Of a DNA stretch of 64,000 bases, positions 1 through 9,226 are shown piece by piece; position 1 is the first letter of the stretch; every line of letters starts with the position of its first letter. The notes under the pieces were generated by a model. The model worked only from the letters and a program-made list of their open reading frames with translations. It did not search any database and was not told where the DNA came from. A program made the position numbers and the translations under genes. The DNA is from an uncultured Actinomycetes bacterium (GTDB lineage Bacteria > Actinomycetota > Acidimicrobiia > IMCC26256 > PALSA-555): positions 201,794 through 265,793 of the forward strand of contig CAWGDC010000001.1 of NCBI GenBank assembly GCA_963821325.1, in the 5' to 3' direction.

Positions 1-1
1 G

Positions 2-703
2 GCGGCTCGCCTGTTCGCGGCGCACGGCGCCCGGATCGTGGTCGTCGACATCAACGACGAGGGCGCCGCCGAGACCGTCCAGCTGCTCGAGGAGCACGGT
101 GGCGAGGGCGTCGCGGTGCACGCCGACGTGGCGGAGCGGGGCGAGGTGGACCGGATGGTCGCCGCCGCGGTCGAGCGCTTCGGTCGCCTCGACGTCCTCT
201 ACAACAACGCCGCGGTGCAGATGAGCGGCCGCCTCGTCGAGTGCACCGACGAGGAGTGGGACCTCACGATCGCCACGAACCTGTCGGCGATCTTCTGGGC
301 GTGCCGCGCCGCGCTCCCCCACCTCCTCGACGGGGACGGGGGCAGCATCATCAACACCGCGTCGACGCTCGGCCTCATCGGCTCGGAGGGCTACGCGGCG
401 TACGGCGCGGCGAAGGCCGGCCTGGTGCTGCTCACCAAGCAGCTGGCCGTCGAGTACGGACCGGCCGTGCGGGCCAACGTGATCGCGCCCGGGTCGATCG
501 ACACGCCCCGGTTCCGCAAGGTGCTCGACAAGACCCCCGGGGCGGCCCAGTTCGTCGAGGGTCTCACCCACACGATCCCGGTCCGGCGGCTCGGGCTCGC
601 CGAGGACGTCGCCGCGATCGCGTTGTTCCTCGCCAGCGACCAGTCGGCCTACGTCAGCGGCGCGGTCGTGCCCGCAGACGGTGGCCTGGCGGCGCTGCGA
701 TGA
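2..703 (+). CDS. short-chain dehydrogenase/reductase (SDR), 5' end outside window
   Basis: Frame is open from the window edge (AARLFAAHGARIVVVDIN...). SDR motifs NNAA, YAAYGAAK (YxxxK) and PGSIDTP. Stop TGA 701-703 overlaps the next ATG (ATGA). Confidence 0.85.
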   Translation, partial: AARLFAAHGARIVVVDINDEGAAETVQLLEEHGGEGVAVHADVAERGEVDRMVAAAVERFGRLDVLYNNAAVQMSGRLVECTDEEWDLTIATNLSAIFWACRAALPHLLDGDGGSIINTASTLGLIGSEGYAAYGAAKAGLVLLTKQLAVEYGPAVRANVIAPGSIDTPRFRKVLDKTPGAAQFVEGLTHTIPVRRLGLAEDVAAIALFLASDQSAYVSGAVVPADGGLAALR

Positions 704-1455
704 CGCGGGTCGCGCTCGTCACCGGCGGCGCCGCCGGGCTCGGTGAGGCCATCGCGCACCGCCTCGCCGTGGACGGCGCCGCGGTGGTCGTCGCCGACGT
801 CGACGCGGCCGGCGCCGAGCGCGTCGCCGCGTCGATCACCGCCCACGGTGGCACGGCGGCCGCGGTGCCCTGTGACGTGACCCGCACGGCCGACGTCGAG
901 GCCGCGGTGCGGGCCGCCGCCGACCTCGGGCCGTTGCGCACCCTCGTGCTGTCCGCCGCGATCGAGAGCCGCCAGAGCGTCCTCGAGTGCAGCGACGAGG
1001 ACTGGCAGACGGTCCTCGACGTCGACCTGAAAGGCCCGTTCCTCTGCATGCGGGCCGCGATCCCCGTCATCGCCGCGAACGGCGGCGGCTCGGTCGTGGC
1101 GCTCGGCTCCACGCTCGGGCTGATCGTGGCGCCGGGCCACCCCGCCTACTGCGCGGCGAAGGGCGCCCTCGTGAACCTGTGCAAGCAGGCGGCCATCGAG
1201 CACGCCGGCGACGGGGTGCGGGTCAACGTCGTCGCCCCGTCCGCCACCGACACCGGCCTGTTCATCCGGTTCTCCGAGATGGCACCCGACCCGGCCGGGA
1301 TGCGCCGGCGGATCGCGGAGCTGAACCCGATGCATCGGCTCGGCACGGCCCGCGAGGTGTGCGACGCGGTCGCGTTCCTCGCGTCGGACGCCTCGACCTA
1401 CACGAGCGGCGCGGTGATCCCGATCGACGGGGCGCTCGCCGCCCGGCGCATGTGA
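700..1455 (+). CDS. short-chain dehydrogenase/reductase (SDR)
   Basis: MTRVALVTGGAAGLGEAIA (TGxxxGxG), YCAAKGAL (YxxxK). ATG at 700 is coupled to the upstream stop. In frame with track ORF 241..1455, whose N-terminal part is an artefact. Confidence 0.9.
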   Translation: MTRVALVTGGAAGLGEAIAHRLAVDGAAVVVADVDAAGAERVAASITAHGGTAAAVPCDVTRTADVEAAVRAAADLGPLRTLVLSAAIESRQSVLECSDEDWQTVLDVDLKGPFLCMRAAIPVIAANGGGSVVALGSTLGLIVAPGHPAYCAAKGALVNLCKQAAIEHAGDGVRVNVVAPSATDTGLFIRFSEMAPDPAGMRRRIAELNPMHRLGTAREVCDAVAFLASDASTYTSGAVIPIDGALAARRM

Positions 1456-2531
1456 CCCCGACCGTGCACGGCGACGGCATGGCGGTGCTCGACGCCGACG
1501 CGCACGTCGTCGAGCCCGGGACGCTCTTCGCGACGTGGACGCCCGCCGGCCGCGCGGTGATGGACCTGCCCGCCACGACCCCCGTCGAGCTGTGCGGCGA
1601 CTCGTCGCGTGTCGCCGACCAGCTCGAGCACGGCTTCGACGCCCCGTCGTACCTGCGGGCCATGGACGCGCAGCGCATCGACGCCGCGGTCCTGTTCCCC
1701 TCGATCGGGCTGTTCGTGCCGTACCTGCCCGAGCTCGACAACGGCGAGGCCGCGGACGCCTGCCGGGCCTACAACGAGTGGGTGGCGCAGTACTGCGCCA
1801 CCGACCCGGCACGGCTCGCCGCGATGGGCGTGGTGCCGCAGCGGGCGCCGACGCTCGCCGCGGCAGCGGTGCGACACGCCGCGACGCTCGGCCTCGTCGG
1901 CGTGCTGGTCCGCCCGAACCACGTCGCCGACGTCTACCTCGACGACCCGGCGTTCGATCCGCTCTACGACGCGCTCGAGGAGACCGGCCTCGTCCTCGGC
2001 GTGCACGAGGCGCTCGGCGTGCGGGCCCCGACGATCGGGCGGGACCGCTTCGAGGGGTTCGCCGCCCGACACGCCTGCTCGCATCCGCTCGAGCAGATGA
2101 CCGCCGCGGCCGCGATCCTGCTCGGCGGGGTCTGCGAGCGGCACCCGGCGCTGCGGGTGGCGTTCCTCGAATCCGGGACCGGCTGGCTGCCGTACTGGCT
2201 GGCCCGCCTCGATGAGCACCACGAGTGGGCCCGCGACGGGGAGTGCGCCGGGCTGACCCTGCGACCTAGCGAGTACTTCGCGCGCCAATGCGTCATTTCG
2301 TCCGACCCCGAGGACCGCCTCGCGGCGTTCACGATCGGCCGGATTGGGGCAGACCACGTGATGTGGGCCAGCGACTTCCCGCACCCGGACGCCGCGTTCC
2401 CGGGCGCGCTCGACGAGTTCCTCGAGCACCTCGACGGCGTCGACCTGGCGACCGACGGTCGGCAGGTGCTCTGGGACACGCCGGCTCGCTTCTACCGGCT
2501 CGGGGACCGCTTCGGCCCCGCCGCCGCCTGA
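1452..2531 (+). CDS. amidohydrolase-2 family (PF04909-like) metal-dependent hydrolase/decarboxylase
   Basis: LDADAHVVEP near the N-terminus and WASDFPHPD near the C-terminus. GTG 1452 overlaps the upstream stop (GTGA). ATG 1479 is the alternative start. Confidence 0.8.
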   Translation: MTPTVHGDGMAVLDADAHVVEPGTLFATWTPAGRAVMDLPATTPVELCGDSSRVADQLEHGFDAPSYLRAMDAQRIDAAVLFPSIGLFVPYLPELDNGEAADACRAYNEWVAQYCATDPARLAAMGVVPQRAPTLAAAAVRHAATLGLVGVLVRPNHVADVYLDDPAFDPLYDALEETGLVLGVHEALGVRAPTIGRDRFEGFAARHACSHPLEQMTAAAAILLGGVCERHPALRVAFLESGTGWLPYWLARLDEHHEWARDGECAGLTLRPSEYFARQCVISSDPEDRLAAFTIGRIGADHVMWASDFPHPDAAFPGALDEFLEHLDGVDLATDGRQVLWDTPARFYRLGDRFGPAAA

Positions 2532-3271
2532 ACGGGCGGACGCGACGCCGGCGGGCCCCCGCCGGCGGGTCGCGCGTCGCGCGTATCACCCTCGGGCTGC
2601 TCGTCGCGGTGGGCGTCCTGCTCGGCGGCGCGGTCGCCGCCCGCCCGGCACGCGCGCAGCCGTCGACGTCACCACCCGTGGGGATCGACCCGCGCCTGTA
2701 CGTGATCGGGGACTCCGTGCTCCTCGGCGCCCACGACGCGATCGTCGCCCAGCTCAGCGGCTGGTCGGTCACCGTGTGGGCCCAAGAGGGCCTCTCGACG
2801 CTCGGCGCGGCGTCGATCGTGACCGCCAGCCGCGCGGTGATCGGCGACGTGGTCGTCGTCGCGCTCGGCAACAACGACGTGGGCAACCCGGCGACGTTCG
2901 GGCAACGCATCGACGGGGTCATGACAGCCATCGGGCCGGTGGCACGCGTCATCTGGGTGAACCTCCGGGAGTTCGCGTCGTGGGTGCCCGCGATGAACCA
3001 GCAGCTGGTCCTCGCGACGGCGCGGTGGCCGAACCTCCGCATCGCCGACTGGGACTCGGTCGCCACGCCGAACCCGGCGCTCGTGTACCCCGACGGGCTG
3101 CACCTCACCCCGGCGGGGGCGACGGCGATGGCGCAGCTCATCGGCCAGGAGATCGATGCGTTCGTCCGGGAGCGGGTAGCCGGGTCGACGACCACGACCA
3201 CCACGACCCCGTCGAGCGCGACGACCCGTCCACCGGGGCGGCATCGACGCGCGCGGGCGTCGGCGCGCTGA
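2528..3271 (+). CDS. secreted SGNH/GDSL-family hydrolase with C-terminal poly-Thr tail
   Basis: Signal-like RITLGLLVAVGVLLGGAVAARPARAQP. SGNH blocks VIGDSV, GNND and DGLHLT. No ATG/GTG/TTG lies upstream of the signal peptide: only CTG 2528 (overlaps the previous stop) or GTG 2609 inside the hydrophobic core. The start is uncertain. Confidence 0.65.
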   Translation: MNGRTRRRRAPAGGSRVARITLGLLVAVGVLLGGAVAARPARAQPSTSPPVGIDPRLYVIGDSVLLGAHDAIVAQLSGWSVTVWAQEGLSTLGAASIVTASRAVIGDVVVVALGNNDVGNPATFGQRIDGVMTAIGPVARVIWVNLREFASWVPAMNQQLVLATARWPNLRIADWDSVATPNPALVYPDGLHLTPAGATAMAQLIGQEIDAFVRERVAGSTTTTTTTPSSATTRPPGRHRRARASAR

Positions 3272-3382
3272 CTGGCTGAGCCTGTTCGGGAGCGGCTGAC
3301 GCCCGACGCCCGGACGGTGCGGCGGCGGCTGGGCGGCGGGGGGCGGCGGCGGAAAACGGCGATCGCACGGTACCCTGCCGTC

Positions 3383-4132
3383 GTGCCCAGCAAGAGCAAG
3401 TCGCGCCAGACCCGCCGCTACACGGCAGCGCGGCCCAAATCGGGCGCGGCGTTGGCGAAGGCCCGCAAGAAGGCCGCGTGGCGCAAGATGGGCGGCGGAC
3501 GCCAGCGCGCCACCTGGCCGTGGGCGCTGGCCCTCACCGTCGTGATCGTCGGCGGCATCGTCGGGATCGTGGCCTCGAGCGGATCGTCGAACTCGTCCAG
3601 CTCGTCGTCGTCGAACCCGGGGAGCCCGGGTCCGGCGATCGCCACCGTGGCCAGCTTCGACAACAACTCGCCGGGCACCACGGTCGACGGGATCAAGTGC
3701 ACCACGAACGAGCAGCTCGCCTACCACGTCCACTCCCATCTCGCGATCTTCGTGAACGGCAAGGCGATGGGCATCCCGATGGGCATCGGGATCGCGCCAC
3801 CCCGCCAGACCCAGGCGGGCGCCACCGGCGACTTCGTCGTGGCCGGGACCTGCTTCTACGAGCTGCACAGCCACACCGCCGACGGGGTGATCCACATCGA
3901 GTCGCCGACGCAGGGCAAGACGTACACGCTCGGCGACTACTTCGACATCTGGCACCAGCCCCTCAGCGCCACCCAGGTCGGGCCGGTCCACGGGACCGTC
4001 ATTGCCTACGTCAACGGGCAGCGATTCACCGGGAACCCGCGGGCCATCCCGCTCGGCGCGCACGTCGTGATCCAGCTCGACGTGGGCAAGAACGTCGCGC
4101 CGAAGCCCTACACGTTCGCGTCCGGCCTCTGA
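3383..4132 (+). CDS. membrane-anchored hypothetical protein (basic N-terminus, one TM, Ser-rich linker, conserved His/Cys-containing globular domain)
   Basis: GTG 3383 (VPSKSKSRQTRR...), TM WPWALALTVVIVGGIVGIVA, poly-Ser linker, then HVHSHLAIFVNG...CFYELHSHTADGVIH. No family name recognised. Confidence 0.6.
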   Translation: MPSKSKSRQTRRYTAARPKSGAALAKARKKAAWRKMGGGRQRATWPWALALTVVIVGGIVGIVASSGSSNSSSSSSSNPGSPGPAIATVASFDNNSPGTTVDGIKCTTNEQLAYHVHSHLAIFVNGKAMGIPMGIGIAPPRQTQAGATGDFVVAGTCFYELHSHTADGVIHIESPTQGKTYTLGDYFDIWHQPLSATQVGPVHGTVIAYVNGQRFTGNPRAIPLGAHVVIQLDVGKNVAPKPYTFASGL

Positions 4133-4156
4133 CCCGTCGCGCCCGGACGGGCGAGC

Positions 4157-4982
4157 TCACCCGGGCGGGACGCCGGCGTCGCGGGCCGTGCTGAGGAACT
4201 GCCGGGAGAGCATCCGCGCCTGGTCGACGCGGGGCATCGCCGAGAGCAGGGCGTAGCCGTCCCGCCCGGGTCCGGGCATCAGCTCCATCTCCTGGCCGAG
4301 CGCGTCGACGACCTCGCGGGCGCACCAGCTCGGGCGCGACCGGCGGGTGGGGCAGCGTGTCGGGGTCGTGGTCGAAGGAGCGGCGGAAGTTCGGGGTGTC
4401 GATCGCCGGGCCGACGACCCCGAGCACGTCGACGCCCCGCGACCGCCACTCCAGGTGCAGCGCCTGGGCGAGGGTGAGCTGGAACGCCTTCGTCGCCGAG
4501 TAGACGGCGAGGCCCGCGGTGCCGGCCACGCCGGCGCCCGAGCTCATGAGGATCACCCCGCCGTGCCCCCGCTCGACCATCGGGCGCCCGTAGTGGTCGC
4601 ACACCGCGAGGACGCTCGTCACGTTCACCGCGACCTGGTGGAGGGCGTCGTCGTGGCCCTCGTCCTCGAACCGGCCGATGAAGTCGGCGGTCCCGTTGTG
4701 GATGACGACGCCGATGTCGAGCCCGTCGGTGACGGCGCGGAGCCGGTCGAGCAGGTCGGGGGCGCCGAGGTCGGCGGTGACGGGGCGCGCGTCGACCCCG
4801 TGCTCGTCGTGCAACGCGGCGGCGACGTCGGCGAGCGGTGCCGCCCGCCGGGCCGCGACGACGACGTGCACGCCGCGTCGGGCCAGCTCGTGGGCGTACG
4901 CCGCGCCGAGACCCTCGGAGGCGCCGAGCACGAGGCCCCATGGGCCGTACCGCGGCGCGAAGTCGGTGCTCGGCTGCTCCAC
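4157..4982 (-). pseudogene. SDR, reading frame broken by 1 nt (or sequencing error)
   Basis: N-terminal 220 aa are a good SDR (GASEGLGAAY, YSATKAF). After ...PPVAPELV the track ORF turns Arg-rich and overlaps the gene at 3383-4132. Shifting one base at GGG 4318-4320 gives REVVDALGQEMELMPGPGRDGYALLSAMPRVDQARMLSRQFLSTARDAGVPPG and stop TGA at 4157-4159, with no overlap. Confidence 0.75.
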
Positions 4983-5102
4983 GGCTCCCTCCCGTCGTTG
5001 GACCGCGGCACGCGCGGCGAGTCGTGGCCGAGCCTAGAAGGCCGGCCCGAGCGGCCCTCGGGGCGGGCCTTCTAAGGTCCCCGCAGCGAAGCGGAGCGTG
5101 CG

Positions 5103-5873
5103 ATGAACCGGGACCAGCTGGCGTCGATGTTCGATCTCACCGGCCGGGTCGCGATCGTGACCGGCGGGACGCGAGGGATCGGCCGGGCGCTCGCCGAGGG
5201 GTTCGTCGCGGCCGGCGCGCGGGTCGCGGTCGCCAGCCGCAAGGCCGATGCGTGCGAGGCGACGGCGCGGGCCCTGTGCGAGCAGGGCGGCACCGCGGTG
5301 GGGGTCCCGACCCACATGGGGGACCTCGACGCGGTGGGCACGCTCGTCGAGCGGACGGTCGACACGTTCGGCCGGCTCGACATCGTGGTGAACAACGCGG
5401 CGACGGCGCTGCGCGAGGACCTCGGCCGGTTCTCCGCCGAGGCGTACACGAAGTCGATGGACGTGAACCTGCGCGGCCCGGTCTTCCTCGTCGAGGCGGC
5501 GCTCCCCCACCTCGAGGCGAGCCCGTCCGCGGCGGTCCTCAACGTGCTCTCCGCCGGCGCGTTCCTGTTCTCGACGTTCACCGCCACCTACTGCGCGGCG
5601 AAGGCCGCGCTCCACTCCTTCACCCGGTCGTGGGCCGCCGAGTTCGCCGCGGCGGGCATCCGCGTCAACGCGCTCGCGCCCGGCACCGTGCTCACCGACA
5701 TGGTCGACCACCTGCCTCCCGACGCCCAGGAGCGCATGATGAAGGCCGCGTACCTGCGTCGGGCCGCCACCCCCGACGAGATGGTCGGCCCGGCGCTGTT
5801 CCTCGTCTCCGACGCCGCGAGCTTCGTGACCGGCCAGGTCGTGATCGCCGACGGCGGCCTCGTGCCCCGCTGA
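5103..5873 (+). CDS. short-chain dehydrogenase/reductase (SDR)
   Basis: VAIVTGGTRGIGRA, NNAA, YCAAKAAL. Confidence 0.9.
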   Translation: MNRDQLASMFDLTGRVAIVTGGTRGIGRALAEGFVAAGARVAVASRKADACEATARALCEQGGTAVGVPTHMGDLDAVGTLVERTVDTFGRLDIVVNNAATALREDLGRFSAEAYTKSMDVNLRGPVFLVEAALPHLEASPSAAVLNVLSAGAFLFSTFTATYCAAKAALHSFTRSWAAEFAAAGIRVNALAPGTVLTDMVDHLPPDAQERMMKAAYLRRAATPDEMVGPALFLVSDAASFVTGQVVIADGGLVPR

Positions 5874-5892
5874 ACCGTTCCCTGGAGGCCTG

Positions 5893-6693
5893 ATGCCGGT
5901 CGTGCTCGTGGAGCGACTCGATTCGCACGTGACGCGCCTCACCTTGAACCGACCCGATCGGCTCAACGCGATGGACCACGACCTGGTCGCCGCGCTCCAC
6001 GACGCCCTGGACGCCGTCGCCGGCGACGCCGAGACGCGGGTCGTGATCCTGGACGGGGCCGGCCGCGGGTTCTGCTCCGGCCTGGACCTGAAGGACTGGG
6101 GTGCGGCGCCGACACCGGGTGAGCACCCGCACGCGCGGGTCGGGGTCGGCTTCCAGGAGTTCATCGCCGGCCTCACCGAGCACGTGCGCCGGACCCCCCA
6201 GATCGTCGTCGCCGCGGTGCGCGGCGCGGCGTACGGGGGCGGGTTGGCGCTCGCGTGCGCCTGCGACCTGCGGATCGCGGCCCGCTCGGCGCGCTTCTGC
6301 TCGGCGTTCATCCGCACCGGGCTCACCGGCACCGACATCGGGATCAGCTACCTGCTGCCCCGCCTCGTCGGCGCCGGCCGGGCGCTCGACATGATCGTGA
6401 CCGGCCGCGAGGTCGACGCCGACGAGGCCGAGCGGATGGGTCTCGTCACCCGCCTCGTCGCCGACGACGACCTCGACGAGGCCGCCCTCGAGCTGGCCCG
6501 CGGGATCGCCGGGTTCACCGCGACGGGCCTGGTCATGACGAAGGAGGTGTTCTGGCACAACGTCGACGCCTCGACGTTGGCCGCCGCGCTCGCCCTCGAG
6601 AACCGCAACCAGGCGATCGCCGGCCGCACCCCCGAGGTGCAGGAGTACATCCGGGCCTACCGCACCCGGTTCGGCCACCCGCCGGAGGGCTGA
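5893..6693 (+). CDS. enoyl-CoA hydratase/isomerase (crotonase) family
   Basis: LTLNRPDRLNAM and the oxyanion-hole segment GAGRGFCSGLDL. Confidence 0.9.
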   Translation: MPVVLVERLDSHVTRLTLNRPDRLNAMDHDLVAALHDALDAVAGDAETRVVILDGAGRGFCSGLDLKDWGAAPTPGEHPHARVGVGFQEFIAGLTEHVRRTPQIVVAAVRGAAYGGGLALACACDLRIAARSARFCSAFIRTGLTGTDIGISYLLPRLVGAGRALDMIVTGREVDADEAERMGLVTRLVADDDLDEAALELARGIAGFTATGLVMTKEVFWHNVDASTLAAALALENRNQAIAGRTPEVQEYIRAYRTRFGHPPEG

Positions 6694-7798
6694 GTGGCGC
6701 CCCGCGCTCGTCGTCGGCGGGACCGGCCCGACCGGGATCTGGATCGTCCACGGGCTCGTCGAGCGCGGCTTCGACGTCACGATCCTGCACCGCGGGCAGC
6801 ACGAGCGCGCCGAGACCCCGGCGGGCGTGACACACCTGCACCACGACCCCTACGACGAGGCCGACCTCGCCGCGGGGATCGCCGGCCGCAGCGACGACGT
6901 CGTGGTCGGCATGTACGGGCGGCTCCGCCGACTCGCGGCGCTCACCGCCGGCTCGACCGGCCGGTTCATCTCCGTCGGCGGCGTCCCAGCGCACCGGGGC
7001 TGGATGAACCCGTCGCTGTACGACCCGGCGGGGGTGCCCGTCCCGATCGGCGAGGACGGCCCGACGGTGCGCGACCCGGCCGACGACGAGAAGGGCTACC
7101 GGGTGGCGCGCACCGAGGAGCAGGTGTTCGAGCATCACCCCGACGCGGTGCATCTCCGGTACCCGTACGCGTACGGCCCGTACCAGCTCGTGCCGCGGGA
7201 ATGGTCGATCGTGCGGCGCGTCCTCGACGGCCGGACCCGGATGATCATCCCCGACGACGGGCTGACGCTGCACCATCACGGCTACACGGTGAACCTGGCC
7301 CACGCCGTGCTGCTCGCCGTCGACCAGCCCGACCGCGGCGTCGGGCAGGTGTTCAACGCCGGCGACGAGGAGGTGCTCACCCTCCGCCAGGTCGTCGAGC
7401 TGGCCGCCGGCGCGCTCGGCGCCGACCTCGAGCTCGTGTCGATGCCCGCCGATCTCGCCGTCCCCGCCCGGCCGCTGCTCACCCAGCCGAGCGCCACCCA
7501 CCGGGTGCTCGACCTCACACGGATCACGACGACGCTCGGGTACCGCGACGTCGTCCCCGCCCGCGAGGCCGTCGCCCACACCGCCCGCTGGCTCGCCGCG
7601 CATCCCGTCGAGCGCGGCGGCACCGAGGAGACGGTCCTCACCGACCCGTTCGACTACCCCGCCGAGGACGCGCTCATCGACGCGTGGCGACGCGCCCGCG
7701 ACGGCCTCCCAACGGTGCCCTTCGACCCCGAGCCCGGGTACGGGCTCGCGTACAGCGGCCCCGGCGGGCGGCCCCGCAGCCGACCGACGTTCGCCTAG
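6694..7798 (+). pseudogene. NAD-dependent epimerase/dehydratase family protein; start codon and body in different frames
   Basis: The Rossmann segment ALVVGGTGPTGIWIVHGLVERGFDVTILHRG is encoded at 6704-6826, in the frame of track ORF 6827..7798, but has no in-frame start. GTG 6694 is one frame off. Removing one C from CCCC 6700-6703 gives M-A-P-ALVVGGTGPTG. Confidence 0.75.
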
Positions 7799-7799
7799 C

Positions 7800-8279
7800 T
7801 CAGGCCGGTCGGGTCTCCGGCAGCGCGACGAGCGGGATCCGCCGCTCGGTCTTGCCCTGGTAGGTGTCGTACCAGGCCCGGTCCGCGACGAGCAGCGCCC
7901 AGACCTCGTCGTACTCGTCGCCCTCGAGGATCACCGGGGCCGACCAGAACTGGCCGCCCTGCACCCGGACCAGCACCTCCGGGTTCGCGGCGCGGTCCGC
8001 CAGGTTGCGGTACCACTGCGGGTGCTCGGGGGCGCCGGCGAACGACGCCACCACGACGCGCCGGCCCTGCGGGTCGCGCCACGTCGGCAACGCCACCGGA
8101 TGCTCCTTCCCCGTCGTGCGACCGACGGTGCGGAGCAGCACGTGGTGCATCCCGGCCTGCTGCCAGACGGCGTCGTCGTCGCTCGTCTCCATCGCCGCGA
8201 CGTGCATGCGGCTCAGCTTCGGGATCTCGTCGAGGGGTGGGGTGTCCCAGACCTGCTCGACGTGCTGGCTCTCGGTCAT
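7800..8279 (-). CDS. deazaflavin (F420H2)-dependent nitroreductase/quinone-reductase family (Ddn-like, DUF385)
   Basis: MTESQHVE... start at 8279. LLRTVGRTTGKEHPVAL, EHPQWYRNL, TERRIPLVALPE. The track ORF extension to 8783 is an artefact. Confidence 0.8.
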   Translation of the reverse strand: MTESQHVEQVWDTPPLDEIPKLSRMHVAAMETSDDDAVWQQAGMHHVLLRTVGRTTGKEHPVALPTWRDPQGRRVVVASFAGAPEHPQWYRNLADRAANPEVLVRVQGGQFWSAPVILEGDEYDEVWALLVADRAWYDTYQGKTERRIPLVALPETRPA

Positions 8280-8317
8280 GACCCGACGGTATCGGACCGC
8301 GCCGCGGCGCGGCCCGG

Positions 8318-9226
8318 TCAGCCGAGCGCGTCGGCGAAGCGGTCCCGGTGGGCGTCGAACCACGCCTGGCGCCGCTCGTAGCGGGCCCGGCCGCCCATCT
8401 GCTCCCACATCTTGATGAACGCCGGCTCGCCGCGGGCGACGCGCCGCTCGACGAGCCCGCCGACCGGGTTCATCGAGTCGGCGATGATTATGAGGAACTC
8501 GTCGCGGCCGGCCGGTAGCCCGTACGCGTCGGCGACGACCCGCAAGCGGGTGAACGGGTCGGTCACCGTGGGACGGAGGCGTGCCGCGTCCTCGGGGGCG
8601 TCGAGCGGGACGTTCATCTTCGCGAGCTGCGTGAGGTCGTAGAGGGGTCGGCCCGGCGCGGCGAACTCGAAGTCGAGCAGCGCGACCGCGACCCCGTCGC
8701 GGTACACGACGTTCTCGGGGCACACGTCGTTGTGGCACACCACCGGGCCGCCGCCGGCCGGGTCGGCCAGCTCGTCGCTCCACGTCACGCCGACCGGCGG
8801 GACGAACCCGGCCGCGGCGTCGTGGTAGCGGCGCAGCAGCGCGGCCGTCGACGCCAGCACCGCGTCGGTCTGGGACCAGGCGGGGAACGGCGGGTACGGC
8901 ACCGCGCCGTCGATGAAGACGAGCCGCTCCCGGCCGTCGGGGTCGACGCCCACGACCTCCGGGACGCCGTCGAAGCCGGCGGCGCGCAGATGGCGCAGCA
9001 GCGCGTGGATGGCCGGGGTGTGCGGGCTCGTCGGTCGCAGCACGTGCGCGCCGACGCGCACCACCGCGCCGGCGTTGCCGACGCCGCCCGCCAGCACCTC
9101 CTCGGACTCGGCTCGGCCCGCGGCGTCACCCGAATCGGGGCCGCCCGTCACCGGGTCGGCGCGCCCCGCCCGGTCGGCGCCGTGGCCGTCACCCGGCGGC
9201 GGGTTCGGCGTCGCAGTGCCCGGCAT
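8318..9226 (-). CDS. aminoglycoside/choline-kinase-type phosphotransferase family protein
   Basis: LAGGVGNAGAVVRVG..., catalytic VCHNDVCPENVVY, LLDFEFAAPGRPLYDL. ATG 9226 overlaps the amine-oxidase 3' end by 38 nt. GTG 9151 is a non-overlapping alternative start. Confidence 0.75.
   Translation of the reverse strand: MPGTATPNPPPGDGHGADRAGRADPVTGGPDSGDAAGRAESEEVLAGGVGNAGAVVRVGAHVLRPTSPHTPAIHALLRHLRAAGFDGVPEVVGVDPDGRERLVFIDGAVPYPPFPAWSQTDAVLASTAALLRRYHDAAAGFVPPVGVTWSDELADPAGGGPVVCHNDVCPENVVYRDGVAVALLDFEFAAPGRPLYDLTQLAKMNVPLDAPEDAARLRPTVTDPFTRLRVVADAYGLPAGRDEFLIIIADSMNPVGGLVERRVARGEPAFIKMWEQMGGRARYERRQAWFDAHRDRFADALG

Noticed and set aside
3188-3208. ACC/ACG repeat tracts (also 61964-61987) as tandem DNA repeats or a CRISPR-like structure
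   Set aside because: They are in-frame poly-threonine codon runs inside coding regions, with no spacer/repeat organisation.
9189-9226. 38-nt overlap between the phosphotransferase start and the amine-oxidase 3' end as evidence of a fused or coupled unit
   Set aside because: It is more simply explained by a downstream start (GTG 9151). The overlap is probably a longest-ORF artefact.
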